From Vicinamibacterales bacterium (GTDB lineage: Bacteria; Acidobacteriota; Vicinamibacteria; Vicinamibacterales; CAVVIG01), in contig CBDANZ010000005.1 in assembly GCA_965197865.1 (NCBI GenBank), positions 247,793-311,792 of the forward strand: DNA of 64,000 bases, given 5' to 3'. Positions 19,936 through 29,145 of the stretch are shown here, piece after piece; the first letter of the stretch is position 1; each line of letters opens with the position of its first letter. The position numbers and the translations under genes were made by a program. Under the pieces are notes generated by a model. The model was not told the DNA's origin and did no database searches. It saw only the letters and a list, made by a program, of their open reading frames with translations.

Positions 19936-21155
19936 CACCTGACGTTGCCGAGGGCCTCACGGCCGGCCGGCCGGCCGTGGGAGGACGCTGGCTCATGGCG
20001 CTTCCGCCCTTCGTTTTGCTCGCCGGTTTACTCGGCCTGGTGGTGTGGTCCGGGCCAGCGGATGCCGTGCGCGGCGAGGGCTTTCCGCCCGTCGAACAGC
20101 TCACCTTCCAGAGGGTGAAGCTAGGTCCCGACGGCATCAGTGCCACTGTCCTGAACGATGGACCCGACCCGGTCACGATCGCGCAGGTCCAGGTGGACGA
20201 GGCGTACTGGTCGTTTGCGGCAAGTTCCGGAACGGTCCTGAACCATCTGGGTCAGACGACGCTCACGATCCCCTACCCATGGGTGCAGGGCGAGGCGCAC
20301 ATCGTACGGATCGTGACGTCATCAGGGGTCACCTTCGATCATGAGGTGGCGGTTGCGGTTGAGACGCCGAGGCCGGATCTGCGCTCCTTTCTCGTATTTA
20401 CGGTCATCGGCATCTACGTGGGCGTGATCCCTGTGGCGATCGGGCTGCTCTGGTTTCCACTGGTCTCGCGGCTTGGTCGGACCGGTCTGGATTTCTTGTT
20501 GGCGCTGACCATCGGGCTGCTGCTATTCCTGCTGGCCGAGACCGGTCGTGAAGGGCTCGAGGCAGCGTCCGTCCTACCGGAGTCGTTTCAAGGCGTTGAG
20601 CTGTTCGTGTTCGGCGCGCTGGGCGCGTTTCTCGGGCTCGAAGCGCTCGGCGGGTGGCTCCGCAGCAGGCCCCGGGAGGCGAGCGAGACCGGCGGCGGGA
20701 CCGGGTGGGTACTGGCGTTGCTGGTGGCCATCGGGATTGGACTCCATAATTTCGGGGAAGGACTGGCCATCGGCGCGGCGTTTGCGCTGGGTGAGGCGGC
20801 CCTTGGCACGGTGCTCATCATCGGCTTCACGCTTCACAATACGACCGAGGGTCTAGCGATCGTCGCGCCGCTTGCGAGAGAGCGTGTAAGCCTCACCGAC
20901 CTCGTCCGGCTCGGCGCGATTGGTGGGGTACCGACCATCGGAGGGGCATGGCTCGGCGGGTTCGTCTACTCCCCGTTTTGGTTGGTCTTGTTCCTCGCGA
21001 TTGGCGCGGGCGCGATTGCGCAGGTGGTCATGCAGCTTGTCCGGCAGATGGCCGCCAGCCAGCGGCTCACGCGCTACCTGGCGACGACCCCCGTAATGGT
21101 AGGACTGTTCGCCGGGTTCGCCATCATGTACTTCACTGGGATGTTCGTGGGATAA
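19932..21155 (+). CDS. ZIP-family metal permease with ~130-aa N-terminal extracytoplasmic domain
   Basis: GTG 19932 overlaps the oxidase stop (GTGA); alternative ATG at 19995. TM anchor, beta-rich domain (VEQLTFQRVKLGPDGISATVLNDGPDPVTIAQVQVDEAYW), then ZIP motifs GLHNFGEGLAIG and HNTTEGLAI. Confidence 0.8.
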   Translation: MTPDVAEGLTAGRPAVGGRWLMALPPFVLLAGLLGLVVWSGPADAVRGEGFPPVEQLTFQRVKLGPDGISATVLNDGPDPVTIAQVQVDEAYWSFAASSGTVLNHLGQTTLTIPYPWVQGEAHIVRIVTSSGVTFDHEVAVAVETPRPDLRSFLVFTVIGIYVGVIPVAIGLLWFPLVSRLGRTGLDFLLALTIGLLLFLLAETGREGLEAASVLPESFQGVELFVFGALGAFLGLEALGGWLRSRPREASETGGGTGWVLALLVAIGIGLHNFGEGLAIGAAFALGEAALGTVLIIGFTLHNTTEGLAIVAPLARERVSLTDLVRLGAIGGVPTIGGAWLGGFVYSPFWLVLFLAIGAGAIAQVVMQLVRQMAASQRLTRYLATTPVMVGLFAGFAIMYFTGMFVG

Positions 21156-21157
21156 GC

Positions 21158-21682
21158 ATGCGATCGGAACTCCGTTCGAAACGTCAGCGTGCAGACTGGC
21201 CAGTTCTTGCTCGCTTGCTGAGTCCTCGTGGCCGAGTTGCGGCCGTCGCGGTGCCGGCCTTGCTCATCTTGAACCTGACCGCCCTGGTGGCGCCAGGGGC
21301 GACTCCGCGTCCCGCGCTGCGCGAGATCGAGCTGCTCGCCCGCGACATGACGTTTTATCTGGCGGGCGACACACAAGCCGGACCGAACCCCACCCTATGG
21401 CTGAAGGCGGGTGAGGAGGTTCGGATCGTGTTACGCAACCAGGATCCGGGCATCACGCACAACTTTGCGGTCACGGCCTGGAACGTGTCGATGAAAGCAT
21501 TCCAGGGCGAGGGCGCTCCTCGATCGGTGTTGGTCCGTGCGCCACAGCGTCCAGGGCGCTTCGAGTACGTCTGCACGCCGCACTCGGCGATGATGGCGGG
21601 CGTGATCGAGGTCGTTGCCAGCGTCGCCAGCAACGAGGTGAAGTCCGCCGCCGCCCTCCCGATTTCCAATCTGCCGTGGTGA
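21158..21682 (+). CDS. membrane-anchored cupredoxin (plastocyanin/azurin-like)
   Basis: ATG 21158, 2 nt after the ZIP stop. TM anchor. Type-1 copper ligands ..GITHNFAV.. and ..YVCTPHSAMMAG.. Confidence 0.75.
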   Translation: MRSELRSKRQRADWPVLARLLSPRGRVAAVAVPALLILNLTALVAPGATPRPALREIELLARDMTFYLAGDTQAGPNPTLWLKAGEEVRIVLRNQDPGITHNFAVTAWNVSMKAFQGEGAPRSVLVRAPQRPGRFEYVCTPHSAMMAGVIEVVASVASNEVKSAAALPISNLPW

Positions 21683-21991
21683 GCGTCTGAGCGGCAATCC
21701 GTAGCCGCAGGTGTTGCTCCGCTTGGGGAGGCCGCGGTGTGCGCTTATTGGGTGAATCGTCGGCGCGCCTGTCGCGGGGAACCATCTCGACGCGGACAGT
21801 CTGATAAGTGACGCGATCGCGTCAGCCAGCCGATAGCACCTCATAGGACCCCCGATGAGTCTGACCGAGTTTCACGGCTCCTGGTTGGCCAGTGGACCGA
21901 CGTCGCGGGCCAGATCTGACTTCGGGCTCGTGAACCAGAGGGTCAGGCCTGACCCAGCCGAAAGGCACTCTACCCATTCTTGCGGCGCATC

Positions 21992-22578
21992 CTAGACTGT
22001 GTGAAGGCCACCGACCGCTCCGGCCTGAGCCGTGAAGGATGAAGCGTTCACATAGGCACCGAACTGCGTCGCGTTCGCGACCGCCACCGGAACACCAACC
22101 TGCGGCAGCACGTTCTTACTCAGGAACTGGATCAGGTCGGTGAATTCGTTGTGGAAATAGGACACGCGCACGCGTGATCGGCCGCGCCAGAATCCCTGCT
22201 CTGAAACAGGCTCGGCGCCTTGATCCCTTTCCCGGCATTGCCGACGTCCTCCTGCAGCGGCTCGATGTGCAGAACCACCCACAGAACCGGTGCGCCGGCG
22301 AAGGTTGGATCGGTGCGGCGCACCTCGAATCCTGGAGCGGTTACCTCGATCTGGTACCGGCCCTCCGCGAGCGACTCAAATGCAAGTTCGCCCTGCACAT
22401 TTGGAGACGTTTCACCTGCCTGCTCACCGTCGTGAAGCAGCATGACGTTCACACCCGGCGCAACACGACCCTGCGCGTCAACAACCGTGCCGCGAACCGA
22501 ACCGTTCTGAGCTGACGCGGCGGCCGGGTTGAGCAATAGCGCACTGATCGCGAAACCGCGCGCCACAACAGACCGCAA
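21992..22578 (-). pseudogene. TonB-dependent receptor remnant with large internal deletion
   Basis: N-terminal signal plus CarboxypepD_reg domain (AQNGSVRGTVVDAQGRVAPGVNVMLL..YQIEVTAPGFEV) joins directly, in another frame (~22190-22230), to the last ~60 aa of a barrel (RVRVSYFHNEFTDLIQF..). Plug and most of the barrel are missing. Confidence 0.65.
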
Positions 22579-22596
22579 CAGATCACGGTCAGCCCC

Positions 22597-22920
22597 ATGC
22601 CCGCCAACCCGTTCGTTCACGACATCATCGTCGTCGACGGCGAGCACTATCACTTTCTCGAAGTCGACTGGCTCGATGACGAACCGATACGGCTCGGCGG
22701 CACACCGATGCCACGTGGGCCGCGCGGCCCCATCGTCGATGCGGCACTCGCCGCGCCACACGTGCAGGGCTTGCGCACGTGGATGCGACTGCCGAGCTAC
22801 CACGTGAGCGAGACGCCTCGCGGGTACCGCGTCACCATCAAGGACGGGCTCAATACAACGGGCATCGGTCATGCCGTCGTTGATCTCGATCGGGCGCTGC
22901 GCCCTCAGCCGGTCAATTGA
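22597..22920 (+). pseudogene. C-terminal fragment of YdjM/DUF457-like metal-dependent hydrolase
   Basis: ..AALAAPHVQGLRTWMRLPSYHVSETPRGYRVTIKDGL.. resembles the C-terminal extension of that family. No membrane N-terminal part is present. Confidence 0.3.
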
Positions 22921-23294
22921 CCAACCCGCAGTGCGGCCGCTTTGAACAAGCCTATTTCTGTCGACTGGTCTGGTTGCCGATCACGATGGTCAAGATGGGA
23001 TGGCAACGAGCGCCCCCACGACTATGAGAGGACCGGCAAGGGCCAGAAGCAGCAGAAGCGTACGCATCGGGCTACGGCCGCCGTCTCATTTCACGCAGGG
23101 TGAGTTCGCACGCACCGGATGCTCGGTAGGGCCTCAGAATCTACGTGTCACCGGCAGCGCGCACATTGAAAGTAGCGATGGTCGAGCACCCACGCAACCA
23201 CAAAGAGGTGGACCCTATCGGCTGGACAGCTGATCGACATCGTTAAGTGGAATCTTCTGCGTCACATTCCCGTCAAGATGAGAGGGGGCAGAAG

Positions 23295-23585
23295 ATGACG
23301 AAGAGGAAACGACGAAATCATTCACCAGTGTTTAAAGCCAAGGTCGCGTTGGCCGCACTACGAGGAGAGCGTACCTTGGCCGATCTCGCCGAGCAGTTCG
23401 AGGTGCACCCGAATCAGATCCAGGACTGGAAGAAGAAGCTGGTGGCGGATGCCGAGCATGTGTTCGGCGCCGGTGCGGTCGAGGCTGAGCATTCCGCGCA
23501 GGAGACCCGGCAGCTCCACGCCAAGATCGGTCAGCTGGCGATGGAAAAGGATTTTTTATCCAAAGCGCTCGGTCGAGACCGGTGA
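23295..23585 (+). CDS. IS3-family transposase OrfA (HTH)
   Basis: [52 protein letters not shown] 23295 preceded by GAGGGGG. T6 run (ATTTTTTA, 23551-23558) as candidate -1 slippery site. Confidence 0.85.
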   Translation: MTKRKRRNHSPVFKAKVALAALRGERTLADLAEQFEVHPNQIQDWKKKLVADAEHVFGAGAVEAEHSAQETRQLHAKIGQLAMEKDFLSKALGRDR

Positions 23586-24427
23586 GCGAGCGCCGAGCGA
23601 TGATTCAAGCGGCCCACCCGTTGACCGTCACCCGACGCTGCGAGCTGCTCGATGTGGCGCGGTCGACGGTGTATTACCACCCCACCGGGATCCCATCAGA
23701 GGATCTGGCCCTGATGTGCCTCCTGGACGAGATCCACTTAGAGCGTCCGTTCTACGGCAGTCGCCGCCTTCGAGACGAGCTTGAGACCCAGGGGCACCCG
23801 GTGAATCGCAAGCGGGTCCAGCACCTGATGCGCCAGAGGGGCCTGAGCGCCCTGTATCCGAAGCCGCGCACGAGCCAGCCCGGGGCCGGACACGCGGTGT
23901 ATCCGTACCTGCTGAAGGGCCTGTCCATCGAGCGGCCGAATCAAGTGTGGGCGAGCGATATCTGCTACATCCCAATGGCGCAGGGGTTCATGTATCTGGT
24001 GGCCATCCTGGATTGGTACTCGCGCCGGGTCCTGGCCTGGCGTGTGTCAAACATCTTCGACAGCGACTTCTGTGTTGAGGCCCTCGAGGACGCGCTCACC
24101 CACTACGGACCGCCGGCGATCTTCAATACGGACCAAGGCGCTCAGTTCACGTCCCAGGCGTTTACGACGGTGCTCAAAGCCCATGCGGTGGCCATTAGCA
24201 TGGACGGCAAGGGACGCTGGGTCGACAACGTGTTCGTCGAGCGTCTCTGGCGCAGCGTCAAATACGAGGACGTGTATCTCCATGCATACGAGACCCCCGC
24301 CTCGCTCCGGGCAGGGCTGACCTGCTACTTTCAGTTCTACAACGGGCGACGACGTCATAGTGCACTTGGTCGGCGGACGCCGGATGTGGTGTACTTCGAC
24401 GCAACCAGCTTCGACACAGCGGCCTGA
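23582..24427 (+). CDS. IS3-family transposase OrfB (DDE integrase core)
   Basis: -1 frame relative to orfA and open from 23552. [39 protein letters not shown] motifs. Confidence 0.9.
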   Translation: MSERRAMIQAAHPLTVTRRCELLDVARSTVYYHPTGIPSEDLALMCLLDEIHLERPFYGSRRLRDELETQGHPVNRKRVQHLMRQRGLSALYPKPRTSQPGAGHAVYPYLLKGLSIERPNQVWASDICYIPMAQGFMYLVAILDWYSRRVLAWRVSNIFDSDFCVEALEDALTHYGPPAIFNTDQGAQFTSQAFTTVLKAHAVAISMDGKGRWVDNVFVERLWRSVKYEDVYLHAYETPASLRAGLTCYFQFYNGRRRHSALGRRTPDVVYFDATSFDTAA

Positions 24428-24588
24428 AACACGATGGAGATTTCACTTAAGCCGCTGTCCAGGTTTCGGGGTCCACTTCTCAATGCAGTAGGTGTATATG
24501 CGGTGATGAGCCGGGCCAGCCCACGAACTTAAGCGAGGCGGCGAGAGGCTAGAATGGGAAAGAGCCCGGTTTTCTAGGAGGTTCGCCG

Positions 24589-25278
24589 ATGATATTCGAC
24601 CCCACGTACTTTCTCTTCGTCCTCCCCGGGCTGGCCCTTTCCATCTGGGCCAGCGCCCGCGTGAAAAGCGCCTTCAACAAGTATTCTAGAGTGCGTTCCA
24701 TACGCGGGTTCACTGGCGCGGAGGCCGCCCAAGAACTGCTGCGTGGCGCGGGCATCGCTGATGTGCGCATCGTCCGATCCCACGGCGTGCTGTCGGATCA
24801 CTACAACCCGATTACCAAGACCCTGGCGCTGTCGGAGCCGGTCTACAACTCTGACTCCATTGCGGCTCTGGGGGTAGCCACCCACGAAGCCGGGCACGCC
24901 ATTCAGCACGCACGGAATTACGCCCCCCTTTGGGTGCGTTCGGCGCTTGTCCCTACGGCCAATATCGGCTCCAACATCGGCTACTTCGTGATGCTGATTG
25001 GCCTGTTCGTGGCTTCGACCAACATGGTCCTGCTCGGCGCGGTCTTGTTCTCGGCGGTGCTGCTCTTCCAGATCGTCACACTCCCCGTCGAATTCAACGC
25101 CTCTAACCGCGCCAAGGCGCTCATCGTGGAGCGTGGTATCGTCACCATCCAGGAGCGCACGGGCGTTGACAAGGTTCTGAACGCGGCGGCGCTGACCTAC
25201 GTGGCCGCGGCCGTCAGCACACTGCTGACCCTGCTGTACTTCCTCTGGCGCGCTGGGCTGATCGGCGGGCGCCGCTGA
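24589..25278 (+). CDS. YugP-like putative neutral zinc metallopeptidase
   Basis: MIFDPTYFLFVLPGLALSIWA..SDHYNP..LGVATHEAGHAIQH (HExxH), C-terminal TM helices. Confidence 0.85.
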   Translation: MIFDPTYFLFVLPGLALSIWASARVKSAFNKYSRVRSIRGFTGAEAAQELLRGAGIADVRIVRSHGVLSDHYNPITKTLALSEPVYNSDSIAALGVATHEAGHAIQHARNYAPLWVRSALVPTANIGSNIGYFVMLIGLFVASTNMVLLGAVLFSAVLLFQIVTLPVEFNASNRAKALIVERGIVTIQERTGVDKVLNAAALTYVAAAVSTLLTLLYFLWRAGLIGGRR

Positions 25279-25484
25279 TGCGCCGCCTCCTGACGATGGA
25301 CTTGCCAGCTTGAGCATCAGTGATTCGTTCAGCCTTGTTTGTGGTTTCGAGCACTCACCCGTGTCAGGTCCTGCAACGTTGAGCGCGTGGCGCTGATCAT
25401 GGCCGTGGCGAAGGCGTTCTCAAGGTCGGAGCATGGGCTTTGGCCAAAATTGATCCTGAGTACCGGTCAGCTAGAGGAAACCAC

Positions 25485-25682
25485 GTGTCCACGCTCGCGA
25501 CCACCACGCCGCCGCCCGAGACATCAGCGGCCCAGCACGTTCTTCAACAGTCCACGGGATACATCATCGCCGCCGCCCTGCAGGTCGAGGTCAAGCTCAA
25601 CATTCCCGATCGGCTCGCAGCCGCTCCGTCAGCGTCTGCGGACATGGCCACCGCCGTCGGAGTGAAAGAAAAAGCGCTGTAA
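25485..25682 (+). pseudogene. O-methyltransferase N-terminal (dimerisation-domain) fragment
   Basis: ..HVLQQSTGYIIAAALQVEVKLNIPDRLAAAPSASADMATAVGV.. matches the dimerisation domain pattern. The SAM-binding domain is absent. Confidence 0.4.
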
Positions 25683-25699
25683 TCGGGTTCTGCTGGCGC

Positions 25700-25885
25700 T
25701 GGCCATCCGGCTGCGCGACATCGTGCCGCAAGTGCGTTCGCCATCTCCAACACCGTCAAATCAGCAATATGGGAAGTGATATTTCCTCTCCTGACAAGGA
25801 AGCGCACTCGCCGCGAGTGTTCCCCTTGGATGTACCTGTGTTGCAGCGCGCATGTATCAAAGAAGCTGGCAGGCATCTGCGCCAC
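25700..25885 (-). pseudogene. PIN-domain (VapC-like) toxin N-terminal fragment
   Basis: MAQMPASFFDTCALQHRYIQGEHSRRVRFLV..HIADLTVLEMANALAARCR. Only about 60 aa of a ~130-aa domain remain. Converges on the methyltransferase fragment. Confidence 0.45.
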
Positions 25886-25924
25886 CGATCAACGGTGCTT
25901 CGGTCGCCTCTTCAGGACCTTATT

Positions 25925-26130
25925 GGCGCGAGCAGCCTTCTTCGAGGTTCGGCGCAGTCGACACTTGACCGCCGACCGACGGCTGGAATTTGAATTCGAA
26001 TTCGTCGAGGGTTTTCGGATACCCGGCGCCCCAAGGATCAGCACGTTTTCAACCGACACGAGAAACTGTCCGGTGGCCAGCTCGCCCACCTGCGGCTGAT
26101 CTCGGGATTGGGCTGGAAGAACGTGCGACG
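25925..26130 (-). mobile_element. IS21-family IstB helper ATPase remnants (two scrambled pieces)
   Basis: Minus strand: FFQPNPEISRR / QVGELATGQFLVSVENVLILGAPG, immediately followed by PKTLDEFEFKFQPSVGGQV. The order is permuted relative to IstB (KTLxEFDFxFQP..ELAxxxF..NVxxxGPPGxGK). The Walker A lysine and the rest of the protein are missing. Confidence 0.4.
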
Positions 26131-26224
26131 AGGGAATCTGGCCGCGCGGAGAGTGTATGGGTGTATAAAGGTCCTGTTCCGAGCGGCCAACATGGAAATC
26201 TCGACTTGCTAGGGGAATCTACTC

Positions 26225-27139
26225 ATGTTCAAGGAACTGCAGAGCGCCCGCTTGGCGAACTATCTGACGGTGGTTTTATTGGCGTCAGGTGTTGGGTGCG
26301 GTCCATCCGAATCGCCGCCTCCAAGCGAATCGCGTCAAACCGACGTGACTGCTGTGCTGCGCGATGCACTCTTGTTCCACGCGGGCTTCGACGACGGCTG
26401 GGACGCCGGTTTTGCGAAGGGTGACAGGGGGCTGTACACCGCACCGTCCTACAGCGAACAGGAGAAAGCCACGCCCGGCATCGGTAATCCTGACGTCGAG
26501 ATCGCTGACGACGTCGGGCGCTTTCAGCACGCTCTGAAATTCAGCAAGAAGAATGAGCACGCCATCTTCTACCGAGCCGAGGATAACGTGGCCTACTCGG
26601 AGTCCGGCTGGAACGGCACGATCTCGTTCTGGCTCAGCCTCGATCCCGTCCAGGATCTCGAGCCGGGCTTCACTGACCCGATCCAGGTGACCGACGCGAG
26701 GGCCACCGACGCCTGTATCTGGGTGGATTTCACCCGGGAAGACCCGCGGGAGTTCCGGCTCGGTGTTTTTGGAGACTTGGACGTGTGGAATCCGGAGAAT
26801 CTCCCCTCGAGTGAGAATGCAGACTTTGAGAACCATTTGGTGATCGTCAATGAACCGCCTTTCGCGCGCGGAACATGGACCCAGGTCGTCATTACCCATG
26901 AGGGCCTCGGCAGCGCCCAGGGTGGGACCGCTAGGCTGTACCTGGACAGCGAACTACAGGGAACGGTCACCGGGATTGCCGAACCGTTTACGTGGGATAT
27001 GCCCGGGGCGGCGATCCGGCTCGGCCTCAATTACGTCGGGCTCTTCGATGAGCTTGCCATCTTCGACCGTCCCTTGACGGAGGACGAGATCCAGGCATTG
27101 TACGGATTGGAGAGGGGCGTCATCGACCTGCATCCTTGA
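26225..27139 (+). CDS. lipoprotein with LamG/concanavalin-A-like lectin domain
   Basis: Lipobox LLASGVGC. C-terminal LamG_3-type ending ..YVGLFDELAIFDRPLTEDEIQALYG.. Confidence 0.7.
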   Translation: MFKELQSARLANYLTVVLLASGVGCGPSESPPPSESRQTDVTAVLRDALLFHAGFDDGWDAGFAKGDRGLYTAPSYSEQEKATPGIGNPDVEIADDVGRFQHALKFSKKNEHAIFYRAEDNVAYSESGWNGTISFWLSLDPVQDLEPGFTDPIQVTDARATDACIWVDFTREDPREFRLGVFGDLDVWNPENLPSSENADFENHLVIVNEPPFARGTWTQVVITHEGLGSAQGGTARLYLDSELQGTVTGIAEPFTWDMPGAAIRLGLNYVGLFDELAIFDRPLTEDEIQALYGLERGVIDLHP

Positions 27140-27185
27140 CGACGACGGGCCGTACGAGCGCCGCTTGTGGACTACACACGTGAGG

Positions 27186-27266
27186 GGCACTGTCAAGTTG
27201 CTGGCAAACACCCCAAATTTGCAGACACTATGTTGCGCTTCCAGGTGGACCTGATGGCGATCCCTT
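27186..27266. repeat. 82-bp dispersed repeat, copy B
   Basis: GGCACTGTCAAGTTGCTGGCAAACACCCCAAA..CACTATGTTGCGCTTCCAGGTGGACCTGATGGCGATCCCTT. Abuts the GroEL fragment. Confidence 0.85.
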
Positions 27267-27269
27267 TCC

Positions 27270-27431
27270 GCGAAGGGCGAATACGTGGATCTCGTGAAAG
27301 CGGGCATCATCGATCCGACCAAAGTCCAGCGCCTCGCGCTCGAGAACGCCATGTCGGTCGCGAGCGTCCTGCTGCTGACTGAGGCTACGATGACGGAGGT
27401 TGCGCGTCAGTGCAGGATTGGCCGAACCTGA
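27270..27431 (+). pseudogene. GroEL (Cpn60) C-terminal fragment
   Basis: [44 protein letters not shown]. About 45 aa of the equatorial-domain end, no upstream GroEL sequence, non-native tail. Confidence 0.6.
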
Positions 27432-27488
27432 AAACAGGATCACGGCTCACTCCTATGCGTCCGGTCCGTAAACAACGCACTCACGCCC

Positions 27489-27794
27489 TCAGCCCTTGAT
27501 GCAAATGAGCGGCTCCAGTCGAGCAACCTTCCTGGACAGACCGGCCCGATCCGCGGCATCGACCACTTCGGCAACGTCCTTGTAAGCCCCGGGAGCTTTC
27601 TCGGCCACGCCTCTCGACGAGGGGCTCCGGACGATCACGCCACGGCTCGCCAGCTCGTCGATCACTTGGCGGCCTCGGTAGTGGCGCAGGGCCTGGTGAC
27701 GACTCATGGCCCGCCCGGCACCATGGCAGGACAGACTGAACGACCGCTGCATGTTGTCGTTCGTTCCCACCAGCACATAGGACGCCGTCCCCAT
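27489..27794 (-). pseudogene. RNA ligase RtcB C-terminal fragment (~100 of ~480 aa)
   Basis: MGTASYVLVG..SCHGAGRAMSR..GVIVRSPSSRGVAEKAPGAYKDVAEVVDAADRAGLSRKVARLEPLICIKG-stop. Confidence 0.7.
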
Positions 27795-27803
27795 GGTGCC
27801 GCG

Positions 27804-28232
27804 CTGCGCTGGAGCTTCCTGGAGGATGAGCGCGAGGCCTGTGTGGTGGTATCGGGACGCATGGAGCTCATGTACGTCAACACCGCGGCCCGCAGTCTGG
27901 TTCCCTGGGCATGGTTTGGCAAGCGGTGTTTCGAGGTGTTGCCGGTCGTGGAGGAGATGTGCACGTTTTATTGCCCGAAGATACAGGCCGTCAATGAGGC
28001 GACCGAGGTCGTCTACTGCGAGGAATCTGTCCGCTCAGGAGACAGGGACTGTGTCGTGTTCGGCGTCGGGCTCATCCCGCTCGGACTGGGAGCCGATGAC
28101 CGAGCCCGAGCCGTGTTTCTTCTGCGCAGCAAGACAGCGTGTCGTGACGAGCGCGAGTTCCAGGCGCACCTCCTCAAGGACGCCGAACGGGTGCGGCAGC
28201 GCATCTTCGCTTCGACGGCTGGCGTGCCGTGA
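27804..28232 (+). pseudogene. PAS-like sensor-domain fragment without start codon
   Basis: ..FLEDEREACVVVSGRMELMYVNTAARSLV..GKRCFEVLPVVEEMCTFYCP.. (PAS with Cys pair). The ORF runs out of the RtcB fragment on the opposite strand. Confidence 0.3.
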
Positions 28233-28292
28233 TCACGACCCTCCGATCGCCAACCGGGTTGCGCGAGCGTTTGGTCGGCGGGCTGGACTGTG

Positions 28293-28427
28293 CTAGACAC
28301 TCGCGCCGAACTCGGTCCACGGTCGTTCAGTAGCGGACGCGTCGAGTGCGCGTACGTCCATGCGGCTCTCGGACAACGTGCCCGTCTTGTCAGTTGCAAT
28401 GACCGTAACCGAGCCCTTCGCTGCTAT
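28293..28427 (-). pseudogene. P-type ATPase fragment around the phosphorylation site
   Basis: IAAKGSVTVIATDKTGTLSESRMDV (DKTGT motif), bounded by stops. About 45 aa only. Confidence 0.45.
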
Positions 28428-28757
28428 CTATCTGGGCACCACCTCCTCCGGAATCAATTCGTCCGGAACGCCTTCGACGGCATTCATGATGCCAGCAATG
28501 AAGCTAACCTCGCGAGGTGCAGGAAGATCTGTGTGGTCCGCAACCTGCTGATAGCGCTCGCGAATCATGGCGATGACCTGACTAGGCAGAACTCATCTCA
28601 CGATAGCCTATCGGAGCACGTCCGTCACCTTGACTCAGAGGCGCCTTTACAGACGCCCAGCCGTCCAGCCGCATTGATCGCCTCCCTCAAATCATCGGAT
28701 CTGCGTGTTGCGCTACCTCCCCGGAGCGTCTGGGGCTAGCAGTCGCCTGTACGGCTC

Positions 28758-28955
28758 TTATTCAGCCATTCTGCAAAGCGCGACTTCCGGCTTCGGATCA
28801 GAAGTCCACGACCCGGCCCAGTAGTTTCTTGCGGCAGACTGTACGTCGTCAGACCAAAGTGGACCGTTGGCCGTCGTTTCTTTACCCCGATCAGCGATGC
28901 TTTCCACGAAGTGATTCAGACGCTGACGAATACCGCGCACGACACTCGGCGGCAA
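28758..28955 (-). CDS. hypothetical protein / possible gene fragment
   Basis: ORF ..LPPSVVRGIRQRLNHFVESIADRGKETTANGPLWSDDVQSAARNYW... No family recognised. Confidence 0.2.
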   Translation of the reverse strand: MPPSVVRGIRQRLNHFVESIADRGKETTANGPLWSDDVQSAARNYWAGSWTSDPKPEVALCRMAE

Positions 28956-29145
28956 ATGGGACGCATGGGTGCAAGGGTAGGAGTAGCTACGCTTGATCCG
29001 GCTCGTGCGTCAGCGGCTCGCAGGTGAGGAGCTCCTGAAGGAGATCAGGTGGCTTCTGCTGTCTCACCATCGCCTCGGTCTCCGCTGATGCACGCGGGTT
29101 CGCCGATCACACCTCCGCTTTCCTGCGAAACACGTCTAGTAGTCG

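Larger units (their letters stand above)
23209..24475 (+). mobile_element. IS3-family insertion sequence (~1267 bp)
   Basis: Imperfect terminal inverted repeats TGGACCC..CTGGACAGC..TTAAGTGGAATCT (left) versus the reverse complement of AGATTTCACTTAAGCCGCTGTCCAGG..GGGTCCA (right). orfA/orfB in 0/-1 frames. No matching flanking direct repeat seen. Confidence 0.85.

Noticed and set aside
25981-26010. GAATTTGAATTCGAATTCGTCGAG (adjacent EcoRI sites) as a cloning-vector artefact.
   Set aside because: On the minus strand it encodes LDEFEFKF, the conserved IstB N-terminal motif region. It is natural coding sequence of an IS21 helper remnant.
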